Of a stretch of 64,000 nt of DNA, positions 54,400-63,818 are shown in pieces. The stretch's first letter is position 1. Each line of letters starts with the position of its first letter. Where the stretch lies: IMG/VR virus record IMGVR_UViG_3300037200_000120, positions 34,893-98,892 of that record, one strand, 5' to 3'. The position numbers and the translations under genes are program-made. This DNA comes from a virus. The notes beneath the pieces were generated by a model. It was not told where the DNA came from, did no database searches, and saw only the letters and a list, made by a program, of their open reading frames with translations.

Positions 54400-55061
54400 G
54401 GCGTCCCCGGCGTCGGCGCCGCTCCTGGTGTATGTGACGAAGCCCCCGGCGGCCCCTGATAGAACCTCGCCGTGATCGGTTCGACAGGAAGTTCAGCCTC
54501 GACGAAACCGCCATCAGGCATGACGTCCATCGACCAAATATTGACCGAGTCCCCTTCAAATTCTAAAATGACGTCGGCGCGGTGGATCATGACGACCTTC
54601 GGGTTGATTTTGACGACCTCGACGTGAACCACGATTCCGAGCGCGTGAGGATCGCGAACGCGGTGGTCGTCGGCGGGGCGCGTCTTGTACGCATGGACGC
54701 CGTAGACGTAGTGGCCTGGGACGATACCGCGGAGCGACATGGTTTCTTTGTGAGGCAGGTAAACCAAGTGGTTATCGACGATCAGCCGGTCGTCGAGGTA
54801 TCCTCGCGAATCGCGATCCAACGAAAGCGCCCCGCCCTCCAGATTTTGATAAAAAACAGGATTTTTCGGGTCTGGGGGACCAACGGCCCAAAGGTCAATG
54901 TCGTCGTCCAACTGGGCGCTCCACTCGATGGTCACGAGATACTCGGCCTTGACTTGAACGCCGTCAGCAACCTTCTTCGGCGCAACCGAGACGATCAAGA
55001 TAGCTACAATCACAAGTAGCATATCTACGTAGGCCAAAAGCGTGCCGGCGCGGCGTTTCAT
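54396..55061 (-). CDS. MotB/ExbD-like single-TM protein with soluble beta domain
   Basis: AYVDMLLVIV TM with Asp; IEW...DIDLW...LDRD...E. Confidence 0.6.
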   Translation of the reverse strand: MKRRAGTLLAYVDMLLVIVAILIVSVAPKKVADGVQVKAEYLVTIEWSAQLDDDIDLWAVGPPDPKNPVFYQNLEGGALSLDRDSRGYLDDRLIVDNHLVYLPHKETMSLRGIVPGHYVYGVHAYKTRPADDHRVRDPHALGIVVHVEVVKINPKVVMIHRADVILEFEGDSVNIWSMDVMPDGGFVEAELPVEPITARFYQGPPGASSHTPGAAPTPGTP

Positions 55062-56944
55062 ACGGAGACCTCGGCGAAAAGAGGACCATGATCTGCAGGC
55101 TTACCTTTGAGCTTCGCCTTGATGCTCTCGCGTGCTCGCTCGTCGGGGCCGGCGAGACACAGTTTCATCCGACGTTCGATATCGGCGAGGTATTCGGTCT
55201 CGCGTTCAATCAGGACAGCGTTGAAGCCTTCGCGATATGATGCCTCGCCAGTCGTGCCCGTGCCAGCCATCGGATCAAGGATCGTTCCGCCGGGAGGACA
55301 GAGCAACCGGCAGACCCATTGCATGAGATCGACAGGCTTGACGGTCGGGTGTTTGGAACCAAGGCGCGATTCGCTGTCAGCCTTTCCCGAGTAGTGGAAT
55401 CGCTTTGCGAATTTTGTCCTCGCATCCTTCGGCGATTCCTCGCTCGCGGTGGCGCATTCGATGGCATGAAATACAGAGCCAAACAATTGCTTCAGGCTTG
55501 TTGTAGTCGTTATGATGTCTGTGTTTTCCCGCCCCTCCACATGAAGCGCAAGGTTGTGGCGTAGGATTCGCGCGCTGCGCTCTGAGATAAAATCCGGCAA
55601 CGGAAGTGATTCCAAGTCGCGGCGAGTCTTTGGCCCGGCAAGCCCTTGAGCAATAGCTGTTGCGCATAAGTCGCACAGGTCCGCCGCAGACCTTACATTT
55701 TGGACGATCTTTGACGGAAGCAGCGGCGGCGCACTCGGTTGAGCAGAAGCGCCGTTCAGCGGATGGCATTCCTTTGAATGGCTTCCCGCATTGGTCGCAC
55801 GGCCGCTCGACGGATTGCTCTTGTCCGCGCTTTCTGGCGCTTGCAAGACCGCTGCATTGACGGGAACAAAAGCGTCGCTTTGGATGTTTTGAGTCTGTGA
55901 CGCCGATTCCGCATTGTTCGCATTGCATAGCTGATTGGTATCTGATTGGACACCGCAAAGCAAGCCGCAAAGATCGCAACGGGGCTCATTTTCTTGAGGA
56001 AAAGAAGCAAAGAACCGCGCCGCAGAGCCGGAATCGCCAATGTGGCCGCGTTCATCCTGCAGCTTGAACTCGCCATAAACTCCGTTCGTCTTTGGCTCGT
56101 TGCGGCGGCCGCTGAATGTTCCGCTGGTGGTGTCCGGGAACGCCGCCAGCACTTCATCTGATCCGTCGTGGACAAGGTTCGCGGGCCATCGACCAAGCGG
56201 GCTGGCGGTCACGTTTCCACCGTTCGGCTTGAACGAAATATTTGCGCCGTCGAGATCGCTACCCACAGACGTCTTGTAGCCGTTCTGAATGCGGTAAAGA
56301 GGATTGGTTGCTGCGTTCTTTGTGTCCTCGTAGGCGATCCGAGTGGCATCAATATTCAGCGCGCCGACGCCCCAACGCCTCACATTTGCCTCAACAGTGC
56401 GCTCTGATAAAGGCTTCCGCGCCAAGCAAATCGGCTCCCACGCGGGCTTCAAGGCCCCGCCCCAAGGTCCAATCGGGTTGCCTTCCTCGTCTTGAAAAAT
56501 GTAACCTTGTTTGTTGAAGCCAGTTCCATAGGTCCACGCTAATTGATCACGAATCTGGAAACCAGCGTCTTCGATTGCGCACGCGAGCCGATGGTACGTC
56601 CGCGTTCCTCCGAACGCTGCGAGGTGGCCACCAGGCTTGAGCACACGCCGGGCCTCGCGCCAAAACTCGACGTTGTGCGCAATGCCAGTCCCGTCCCATT
56701 CCTTGCCCATGAACCCGCCAACGGGCCGATTATCTCCGTTGACGCCTACACGGGCGCGCGCAAATGGCATGTCATTGAGAGGAGGCGGGTTCTTTCTGTT
56801 TGCCTGCGTAAGCTCATAGGGCGGATCGGTCACGACAGCATCAACCGAATTGTCGGCAAGCGTTTTCACCACGGCTATGCAATCGCCAGCGTGGACGATG
56901 ACCCGACCGCCAAGAAACGAAACCGCCTGCGCGCCGTCACCCAT
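55058..56944 (-). CDS. Beta-class N6A/N4C DNA methyltransferase with ~200-aa insertion
   Basis: VTDPPY, RVLKPGGHL, GRWPAN, HPTVKP, ILDPMAGTGTTG. Confidence 0.88.
   Translation of the reverse strand: MGDGAQAVSFLGGRVIVHAGDCIAVVKTLADNSVDAVVTDPPYELTQANRKNPPPLNDMPFARARVGVNGDNRPVGGFMGKEWDGTGIAHNVEFWREARRVLKPGGHLAAFGGTRTYHRLACAIEDAGFQIRDQLAWTYGTGFNKQGYIFQDEEGNPIGPWGGALKPAWEPICLARKPLSERTVEANVRRWGVGALNIDATRIAYEDTKNAATNPLYRIQNGYKTSVGSDLDGANISFKPNGGNVTASPLGRWPANLVHDGSDEVLAAFPDTTSGTFSGRRNEPKTNGVYGEFKLQDERGHIGDSGSAARFFASFPQENEPRCDLCGLLCGVQSDTNQLCNANNAESASQTQNIQSDAFVPVNAAVLQAPESADKSNPSSGRATNAGSHSKECHPLNGASAQPSAPPLLPSKIVQNVRSAADLCDLCATAIAQGLAGPKTRRDLESLPLPDFISERSARILRHNLALHVEGRENTDIITTTTSLKQLFGSVFHAIECATASEESPKDARTKFAKRFHYSGKADSESRLGSKHPTVKPVDLMQWVCRLLCPPGGTILDPMAGTGTTGEASYREGFNAVLIERETEYLADIERRMKLCLAGPDERARESIKAKLKGKPADHGPLFAEVSV
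55377..55928 (-). CDS. Zinc-finger HNH endonuclease nested out of frame in the methyltransferase
   Basis: Three CxxC...(F/Y)CSxxC repeats plus CASCG...HHNDYNKPEAIVWLCISCHRMRH. Confidence 0.8.
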   Translation of the reverse strand: MQCEQCGIGVTDSKHPKRRFCSRQCSGLASARKRGQEQSVERPCDQCGKPFKGMPSAERRFCSTECAAAASVKDRPKCKVCGGPVRLMRNSYCSRACRAKDSPRLGITSVAGFYLRAQRANPTPQPCASCGGAGKHRHHNDYNKPEAIVWLCISCHRMRHRERGIAEGCEDKIRKAIPLLGKG

Positions 56945-57431
56945 TCCGGCGGGCCTTCCGCAATGAGGCGTTGAGTACATGAGACAGCACCAGCACGATC
57001 GCGAAGCCGGAAACGCCAGCCAAAGTGGAGAACAGCGATGTCCCGAGCATCGCCAGCACATCGCCGCCTTCCCGGAGGGCCACAGCTTGTTGAGAGAGCC
57101 CGTACACCGTGCCGCACAACCCGATCGCTGGCGAGAGGTCGGCCGCGATGCCTCCCCACTCGGCTGAATCCTCGATCTCGGCGACCGTGTCGAGTTCGTC
57201 GGCGTAGTTCCCAGCATCAGGCACCCGCCAACACAAATACCCGATATAGGCGGCCGTCCCGATCACGAGCGCCGCCACGAGCGACGAGGCATGGCTCAGA
57301 TCGTCACGCCAGATGCGACTGAGAAGTCCGAAATGGCCGGCATAAAAGGCTGCGATCCCCATCGCTACGACGATGGACAGCCATTGGAGAAACGCCGGCT
57401 TGCGGGCGGTCATGGGTTCCATCCTAGACAA
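56937..57431 (-). CDS. MotA/TolQ/ExbB proton-channel family protein
   Basis: Four hydrophobic helices; PAIGLCGTVYGL and GTSLFSTLAG match the family motifs PxxGxxGTVxG and ALxTTxxG. Confidence 0.7.
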   Translation of the reverse strand: MSRMEPMTARKPAFLQWLSIVVAMGIAAFYAGHFGLLSRIWRDDLSHASSLVAALVIGTAAYIGYLCWRVPDAGNYADELDTVAEIEDSAEWGGIAADLSPAIGLCGTVYGLSQQAVALREGGDVLAMLGTSLFSTLAGVSGFAIVLVLSHVLNASLRKARRNG

Positions 57432-57560
57432 ATATTATGGTCCGGAGCAGCCCAAACGAGGAACGCCACAAAGGCAACCGCGAAAAGCGTCACGACGATA
57501 AATTCTATTGGACTGGTCATATGATTCTCCGCGAGAAACCCCCTTCAGGGCGGGGATCGG

Positions 57561-58010
57561 TTACTGATCTTGACCCTGAGGCGGTTCGTGTTGAACATCA
57601 CCGACTTCGTTGAGCAGGGTGACGAGCGCCTGGGGGACAGGCATGATATCGCAAGCCCTTGAGGCGTCGATGAACACCACCAGCGACTTATCGCCGTTCC
57701 GCGCCAGCGCCGCCGCACCGCCGTAGGGAATGCCTTCAGGCGTATGAGGCGCCATGATCGAGACGCCGCGTAAAAATTGGAATTGATCCTGCGTCAGATC
57801 GATCCATGTCGCCCCATTGGTGGAGGCGACTCGCGATTTCATCTCGGCGAGTTCCATACAGTGGTGCGGAGCCGTAGCGCCATCCGCCCGCGCGTGCTGA
57901 TACGCGGCCATTTCCCCGCAAAGGGCGAGGCCTAGAATCGCGGCGCAAGTAAGCGCGCGGCGATCTTTGATTGCAAAACGCACTGTTTGGTCTACATTGA
58001 ACCCTCTCAT
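57561..58010 (-). CDS. Hypothetical membrane/exported protein
   Basis: Hydrophobic segment after RR; RBS GGAAGGG. Confidence 0.45.
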   Translation of the reverse strand: MRGFNVDQTVRFAIKDRRALTCAAILGLALCGEMAAYQHARADGATAPHHCMELAEMKSRVASTNGATWIDLTQDQFQFLRGVSIMAPHTPEGIPYGGAAALARNGDKSLVVFIDASRACDIMPVPQALVTLLNEVGDVQHEPPQGQDQ

Positions 58011-58669
58011 GATAGATTCCCCTTCCTTTGAAACTCTCGCGCCGCCGCGAGCAGACGACAGACTTCCGGTTCTTTCCGATTGATGATCTTGGCGATTTCC
58101 GCCGTGTCCCGCCCGCGTCGAAACAGATCGAGCACGGCGGCGCCGGCCCGGTCCCATTTCGAGAGAGATTGGATTTCAGCATCGGAAAGAATGGTCACGA
58201 CTGCGCCGCCTTCCATACCTCGAACGAAGCCGCGTTGGCTGCGATGATGTTGAGATCCTTCCCGACGATCGTGAGCGCGGCCAGAATGGCCTTCTGCCGA
58301 ACGACCCAGGCCTCGGTGCGTTTGAGTTCGCCTTTTTCGGCGCGCTCAATCAGGTTGAGGTTGCCTCGGTATAGGAGGTGCATCTCTTCGGAGACGCCGA
58401 GATAGTTGGTCGTCATGGCGCAGCCCCCGCGTCCATCTTCTCCCGCTCCACAATCAACATCGTCTTGCAGAGCCTTTCCATATGATGGAGAATGCGATCG
58501 TTGCCCGCGAGGTCGCCCAAGAAATTACGCACCTCTGCATCTTCGGTTCCGAACTTGCCGGACGGAGAGGCGTCGGCGAGCGGAGGTAGTTGCGAGCCCC
58601 AATGATTGACCGCGAGGGAGAAGGCTGACTCGGGGTTCAATGCCTCGATCTCGGCGACTGAGGGGAGCG

Positions 58670-59128
58670 TCATGCGCGACACTCCCGGGTCGGAACATTC
58701 CATTGGGCAAATGCGTCGCGCACGTCATCAATCGAGCGGGCGACAACGTGGGGGACGCCCATCTGGATCAACGCGCCACGAAATGCGATCTGGTCGTCGG
58801 ATAGTTCGCTCTTGCCTGTCTTGACTTCGATGAATGCGGCGCGCGGGGCAAACATTCCGTACCATGGGAGCACAAGCGCGAGGTCGAACACGCCCTTGCG
58901 GAGCCCCGGGACAGCGTTCGAGGCCCGACCGCCCGCTGTGCGACGGCTTGCGTTGGGAACCGCGTAGCAGAGCACCGTAGGGGCCACTGCAGCGATGTAA
59001 TCACAAATCGCTTTTTGGATGGCGGCTTCGGGCTGCGCGCGCTCGCGTCGGGGCTTGGCGCCCGTTCGCGGGGCTCTTGCCTGCGGAGGGGGCTTGCCTG
59101 TGGCGTGGAGGGGGAAGTGAGAGCCCAC
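58670..59128 (-). CDS. VRR-NUC (PD-(D/E)xK) nuclease / resolvase-like
   Basis: EAAIQ...YAVPN...GLRKGVFDL...FIEVKT...SDDQ...VARSIDD. Confidence 0.85.
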   Translation of the reverse strand: MGSHFPLHATGKPPPQARAPRTGAKPRRERAQPEAAIQKAICDYIAAVAPTVLCYAVPNASRRTAGGRASNAVPGLRKGVFDLALVLPWYGMFAPRAAFIEVKTGKSELSDDQIAFRGALIQMGVPHVVARSIDDVRDAFAQWNVPTRECRA

Positions 59129-59463
59129 TAGGCGTGCGCCGCCATCTGCGAACGCACCGAACCGACAGCATGCTTGATCGCCGCTGCGCCAAGCGGGAGA
59201 TCGCTCAGCATGCCTAGGGATGCCATGTACAGGCCGAGGATCTCCTCTTCTTCGCGGCGTTTGTCCGCGTCCTGCTTACGCAGGGCTACGATCTTGCGCA
59301 TGATCTTCACGTCGAAGCCGTTGCCCTTGGCCTCGGCGTAGACATCCTTGATATCGCCCGAGAGCGCCTTCTTCTCTTCCTCGAGGCGCTCGATCCGCTC
59401 GATGAAGGCTCGCAGGTGGCTGGCGTTGACATCTTCGGAGCCGGCGACGACGGGTTCGCTCAT
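59128..59463 (-). CDS. gapR: GapR (DUF2312) nucleoid-associated protein
   Basis: [47 protein letters not shown]. Confidence 0.92.
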   Translation of the reverse strand: MSEPVVAGSEDVNASHLRAFIERIERLEEEKKALSGDIKDVYAEAKGNGFDVKIMRKIVALRKQDADKRREEEEILGLYMASLGMLSDLPLGAAAIKHAVGSVRSQMAAHA

Positions 59464-59818
59464 GTTCAATTCCTCACAACCTCGTTACCGCTTGGAACTC
59501 GACGCGACGCACGTGTGTTTCGTTGTCGGTAGGCTAGGCCGCGAAGCTAACTGCCCGCTTCGCTTTATTTCGTTTCGTTAACCTAGATCAGTTGACCCAT
59601 TCGGTACGGCGTCGTACGCTCACAAGGGGGCGTCCGACCTGATTGACGCCGCGACGGGTCAAAAAAAAGCATCATCGTCTTCGAACTTCTTCGCCTTCTC
59701 TGGCCACGTCCCCGAGTCGATCCGAACCGAGAGACGCATGATTCCGTCCCCCAGGCTCGTCATGCCCAAGTCGGCTACCAGAGCGCCCGTTCCAAAGACT
59801 CCCGACGCCAGCGCGCGC

Positions 59819-60187
59819 TTAGCCACCCTGATCCACCCCTGAATTTTCATTGTTTTGGCCGCCCAATTCTTTGATCCGTTGGTCTAGCTGGACGCGCTGC
59901 AACTCGAGTTGACGCAGTTCCTCCAGACGCCGCGCCGGCTCGATCCAGACGCGGCTGTTCGGGCAGACGGCGGCGAGAAACTCCGGCCCGTAGGCGCCTA
60001 TCAGCGCGAGCGTATGCGTCCAGCGCGGGGTCGACTCGCCCCGCAGCCAATGATGCACCGTGTTGGCCGAAATCCCGGTCTCCACCGATACGCAATCGGC
60101 CGTTTTCACGGGATGCTTGGCCCTCAGAAACGCCAGAGCAAACTCGATACGATTTCCATCAATGTTGATTTTTGATCCATCAGACAT
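59819..60187 (-). CDS. HTH regulator (CII-like position)
   Basis: KTADCVSVETGISANTVHHWLRGESTP; start uncertain. Confidence 0.6.
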   Translation of the reverse strand: MSDGSKINIDGNRIEFALAFLRAKHPVKTADCVSVETGISANTVHHWLRGESTPRWTHTLALIGAYGPEFLAAVCPNSRVWIEPARRLEELRQLELQRVQLDQRIKELGGQNNENSGVDQGG

Positions 60188-61020
60188 TGTCGAACGTCCC
60201 CGCCAAGATGCACGCGGCCGGGGCGAGCGCTTGGCGGCGCTGCCCTCTGTAGAAAACGGCGTTGGCGCGCCGTTGTATGCTGACGAAGCGAGAGACATCG
60301 TGCTCAGACACCAAGAGGACTTATTACGGCACACTCAGCAACTAGACGCGTGGGAGCCCGTGGGCTTGGCGGCCCTAGGGGTAGTGATTCAACTGACGGG
60401 AAAAGAGAAAGACGTGGCGACGCGGGGAGCGCGCCACGTCAGTCTTCCTGAGACTCCTGTGGGCAGGAGAGCGGCGGAACCGGGATTCCGGTCCAAATCT
60501 GCGAAGGAATGCTCTAGCGTCACAAAACCGCAATCGAGGCATGTCCCGATGAGGCGCTGACCTAGATCGTCGGGTTGCTTTTGGGCTGGAGCGTCGGCGC
60601 CGCAACCGCCGCATTCGATGGTGTGGCCCGTCATAGCCCGCGCTCCATGGATACCGGAGCGAGAGTGACGGGGATATTGCGCTGTTCAAGACTCTTGTTT
60701 TGCCGACCCTTGATCGACCTTGAAAAAGCACTCAGCTTTTCGCGGCTGACTTGCTGCGCTACGGCAAAGTTCTTGAGCGCGGCTCGACGCCGATTGTAGT
60801 GGGCGACGATCTCGGGGGAAGGGGGATCCTGCAGCTCGCTCATCGTAGACGTCCCCGGCGCGCTATGGCGGCGTATCTTGCTTCATAACTGGCCTGGAGC
60901 GCGGCGGCGGGAGCGGCGCATTCGAGGGCGCGTTTCTTGATCGCTTCAACCTGGGCAGCGCCTTTGCGAAGCATGCGGAACGTGACTGCTCCCCGGCATG
61001 AAGTCCGGGGCGCTGATGAT

Positions 61021-61512
61021 TTATCCATGAGTAATCGCCTCCCTGTCGGAATAACGTTCCCTTCGGTAATCCCGAGAAAGGTCTCTAGCTCTTTGGCAGG
61101 CAACACAATTAAAACGACCATTATCTGCCCTCATTCTGAGGTTAGGGCCTTCTAAAATATGCCCACGCTTGCACACACCAAATGGTCGCATGCGGTCAAG
61201 TCTAGCTAGCGCCTCCGCCGAACTAATTGACCGGCGTTTTCCAAAATACTGGCTGATATGACCAAGCACCAATCTTACGCCGTGACGGCCTGAAACACTC
61301 CATACCCACGATGCTTTGTGCTTGGCGTCAGTGGCTTTCCGTGTTTGGATTGTTCCTACTTTTGCAATATCATATATCCGGTGAATAATATCTTCATCAG
61401 TCATCTCAACTGAGAGTGTTACACCGTTCTTAGAACGAAAATAAATGCAGCCTTCCCCCTCAAAAAGGCCAGCTAACCACGCCCACTCTGCTGCATCGTT
61501 CGTCACTATCAT
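61021..61512 (-). CDS. LAGLIDADG homing endonuclease with C-terminal zinc motif
   Basis: WLAGLFEGEGCI; MTDEDII; C-terminal CKRGH...CVAC; AT-rich. Confidence 0.8.
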   Translation of the reverse strand: MIVTNDAAEWAWLAGLFEGEGCIYFRSKNGVTLSVEMTDEDIIHRIYDIAKVGTIQTRKATDAKHKASWVWSVSGRHGVRLVLGHISQYFGKRRSISSAEALARLDRMRPFGVCKRGHILEGPNLRMRADNGRFNCVACQRARDLSRDYRRERYSDREAITHG

Positions 61513-61704
61513 ATTCGCCCCCAGACGAAATTGACCGCTCGCGCCTGCCGGTTGAGTTCGGCCGCGTGCTTATCGCGAAGGCGGAATTTGAATGTGAGCC
61601 GTTGACGCGCTATAGGCGTCTCAGCCGCAGGGTCCGGTTCCATCGGTCTCTCGGTTAGAGCCGAGGCGCGTGTTGCAAGCACTCGCTTCGGCTCGCTAAA
61701 TGTA
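61509..61704 (-). pseudogene. IS200/IS605-family tnpB 5' fragment with upstream hairpin
   Basis: LTFKFRLRDKHAAELNRQARAVNFVW = TnpB N-terminal pattern; imperfect hairpin ~61658-61694. Confidence 0.6.
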
Positions 61705-61792
61705 GCAGAAATCGCAGGCCGCTGCAACCACCGCTCGCTATTCACGCCATGAATGACGGGGCTTGCGCTCGCTCCGTGGAGTTCGGTCAGCG

Positions 61793-62248
61793 TCATGCCG
61801 CATCCCCTGCCAGGAGCGAAGCCAACGCGCTCGCTGAGCGCAGCGTCGCCTCGCTCACCGGGCCGCAGTATTTCCTGATTGTGTCGACGAGGGTAGAGAA
61901 TTGATGACGGCGTGCCGTTTCGGCGATTTCCTCACGGAGCTTGTCTGTCCAGAGTTCGACGCGTCCGTAGCCGCGATGGCTGGGCGCATGCGCGGTCCAT
62001 TCTCTCCCAGCGCTCCACGTTGCGCACGAAGGCTTCCATTGCACATTGTCGTCGAGTAGGAAGTTGCCGTTCTTGTAGACTCTCGTGATTGTCGCCGATT
62101 TGACCGCTACGCCGAAGCCCCACCTCGCGCGATGCGCGATTGCGACCTCGAGTCCGACAACGAACGGGCTGATGGACTCGGAGGGCGCGGGCGATGGGCC
62201 GACTTCGCGCTCGGAATGGCTGACGATAGCATCTTGCACCGATGTCAT
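61793..62248 (-). CDS. Hypothetical protein
   Basis: ATITRVYKNGNFLLD beta-barrel-like pattern; start uncertain. Confidence 0.4.
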   Translation of the reverse strand: MTSVQDAIVSHSEREVGPSPAPSESISPFVVGLEVAIAHRARWGFGVAVKSATITRVYKNGNFLLDDNVQWKPSCATWSAGREWTAHAPSHRGYGRVELWTDKLREEIAETARRHQFSTLVDTIRKYCGPVSEATLRSASALASLLAGDAA

Positions 62249-62354
62249 CCCTGCCCCATCGACGCGCTCGCGCGGTCCAGTGCGAGAAGCCCTGAGGTGA
62301 GGGATCGCGCTCATGCGGCCACCGTTGCCGTCGAGTAGACGTGGCCGGTGGCGC

Positions 62355-62600
62355 TCATTCCGCAGCCTCGCTACGCGAGAACGGCGCCGTGCGAGCCTCG
62401 CCAATGATCTTTCGCGGCTCAAACTCTCCAGGGGTAAATGCTCCGCCGGTCGCATCTGAAATCCGCTTGAGGATATCAAAGGTCCAATTCCCATATCCAT
62501 TGCGAACTTTGTTGATGGTCCCCTGCGAACATCCAGCCTTGTCGGCTAGACTCGCTTCAGTGACATCCTGATGGGATCGGATATAAACATCAAGCCTCAT
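62355..62600 (-). CDS. Cro-like HTH repressor
   Basis: MRLDVYI...LADKAGCSQGTINKV...ISDATGGAFTPGEF. Confidence 0.75.
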   Translation of the reverse strand: MRLDVYIRSHQDVTEASLADKAGCSQGTINKVRNGYGNWTFDILKRISDATGGAFTPGEFEPRKIIGEARTAPFSRSEAAE

Positions 62601-62720
62601 GCCGATATTATTCGCATGAGGCATTGCGGCCTGTCAAGCCTAAAAATCGCGCAGCGAATTTATTTTGAAAGAAAAGCACCTTTGGGGCTTGACGGCCTTT
62701 ATTCCCTATGAGAATATCTC
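62601..62720. promoter_or_regulatory. Divergent promoters with three operator-like imperfect palindromes
   Basis: TTGACA (minus, 62632-62637) and TTGACG-17-GAATAT (plus, 62689); ATTCGCATGAGGCAT, AATCGCGCAGCGAAT, ATTCCCTATGAGAAT. Confidence 0.6.
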
Positions 62721-62859
62721 CCCTGTAAGCAAATCGGCTGATCCCGACGCACCTCACCAAAAGGAGGCCGCCATGATCCGAGCCGGTGAAAGACCGGCGG
62801 TCGCTACTGCGCTGTTTTCACCCGCAGTGCGGTAGCGATGCTGGACAGGAGAGCGAGAG

Positions 62860-63171
62860 ATGGCCACGCATACCGCTACGCCAGAAACCAGCTTTGAGCG
62901 ACTAAAGCGCCTTCGGAACGCGAAGCGCGAGAATGTCAAAATCGATCTTAGCCTGAGCGCCGGCTCGCATCGGCTGGATCTGGTTGCGGCAGTTTGTTTC
63001 GTCCACGACAAGCAGGACAATACCACGGCCAGTCACGGAGTGACCTCGCTGGCGATTGTCGAGAGACGCAAGGAAATACAGCAGGCGATCTGCCCTGAGT
63101 GGCTGGAGGATTGGATTATCGAAAATCTGACCGATGCGGACCTGATCGCCAAAATAACCTTGGAGGATTGA
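62860..63171 (+). CDS. Hypothetical early protein
   Basis: RBS AGGAG. Confidence 0.55.
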   Translation: MATHTATPETSFERLKRLRNAKRENVKIDLSLSAGSHRLDLVAAVCFVHDKQDNTTASHGVTSLAIVERRKEIQQAICPEWLEDWIIENLTDADLIAKITLED

Positions 63172-63394
63172 TCCATATGGCCGCCAGCCTCATGACCAAA
63201 CCCGACGCGGCCGATAGGCGATTTACGACGCGATTTGCGACGGCGAGGGGCGAGCGACGGCGAGCTATCTCAGGCGCCATCTGGCCAAGCGCGGCCTCTT
63301 GATTGTCGACGCCGCTCATTTCGCCCGCTTGAGACTGAGGGCGGGACTGGTCGATTCGGTTGCCGCCGAACTCGCCAAGCTGGAGGCATGAACC

Positions 63395-63787
63395 ATGTTT
63401 GACCGCACCGCAACCCCCGCCGAGCCCTGCCTGATCTTCGCTACCGGCGCTTACGACGAGTCCGCCATCGCCGCCGAGATCGAGCGACGCATGGAAGGCC
63501 GCGAGCCCTGGCAACGCGACATGATCGCCGCCAAGGTTCGCGACGCCGCCCACGCGCAGCGCTGGCCCTTTGTCGAGCGCGCTGTCGAGGCGGAGTGGAC
63601 TGCCGCCGAGGACGCCGAATATTGGCGGCTCCAGGATGCCAAGCACGCGACGGGTGTTTCCGCGCCGGGCCTCGCCGAGTGGGATCGCATCGCCAGACTC
63701 CAGGCCAAGCTCGAGGATGCGGTAAAGGCGCGCGCCCTGGCGAAAATCGACGCGCCTGCGCCGGCGCTCATGCAAGCGGCAGAGTGA
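63395..63787 (+). CDS. Hypothetical early protein
   Basis: RBS GGAGG. Confidence 0.6.
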   Translation: MFDRTATPAEPCLIFATGAYDESAIAAEIERRMEGREPWQRDMIAAKVRDAAHAQRWPFVERAVEAEWTAAEDAEYWRLQDAKHATGVSAPGLAEWDRIARLQAKLEDAVKARALAKIDAPAPALMQAAE

Positions 63788-63818
63788 CAATCAACCATTC
63801 CTTCGAAGGAGCAACCCT

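Noticed and set aside
55377-56010. Intein or group I/II intron in the methyltransferase
   Set aside because: No intein terminal residues or intron core motifs were seen, and the nuclease is in a different frame from the host gene.
59470-59658. Possible structured RNA upstream of gapR
   Set aside because: Only short hairpins (e.g. GCGAAGC/GCTTCGC) are present; not distinguishable from chance.
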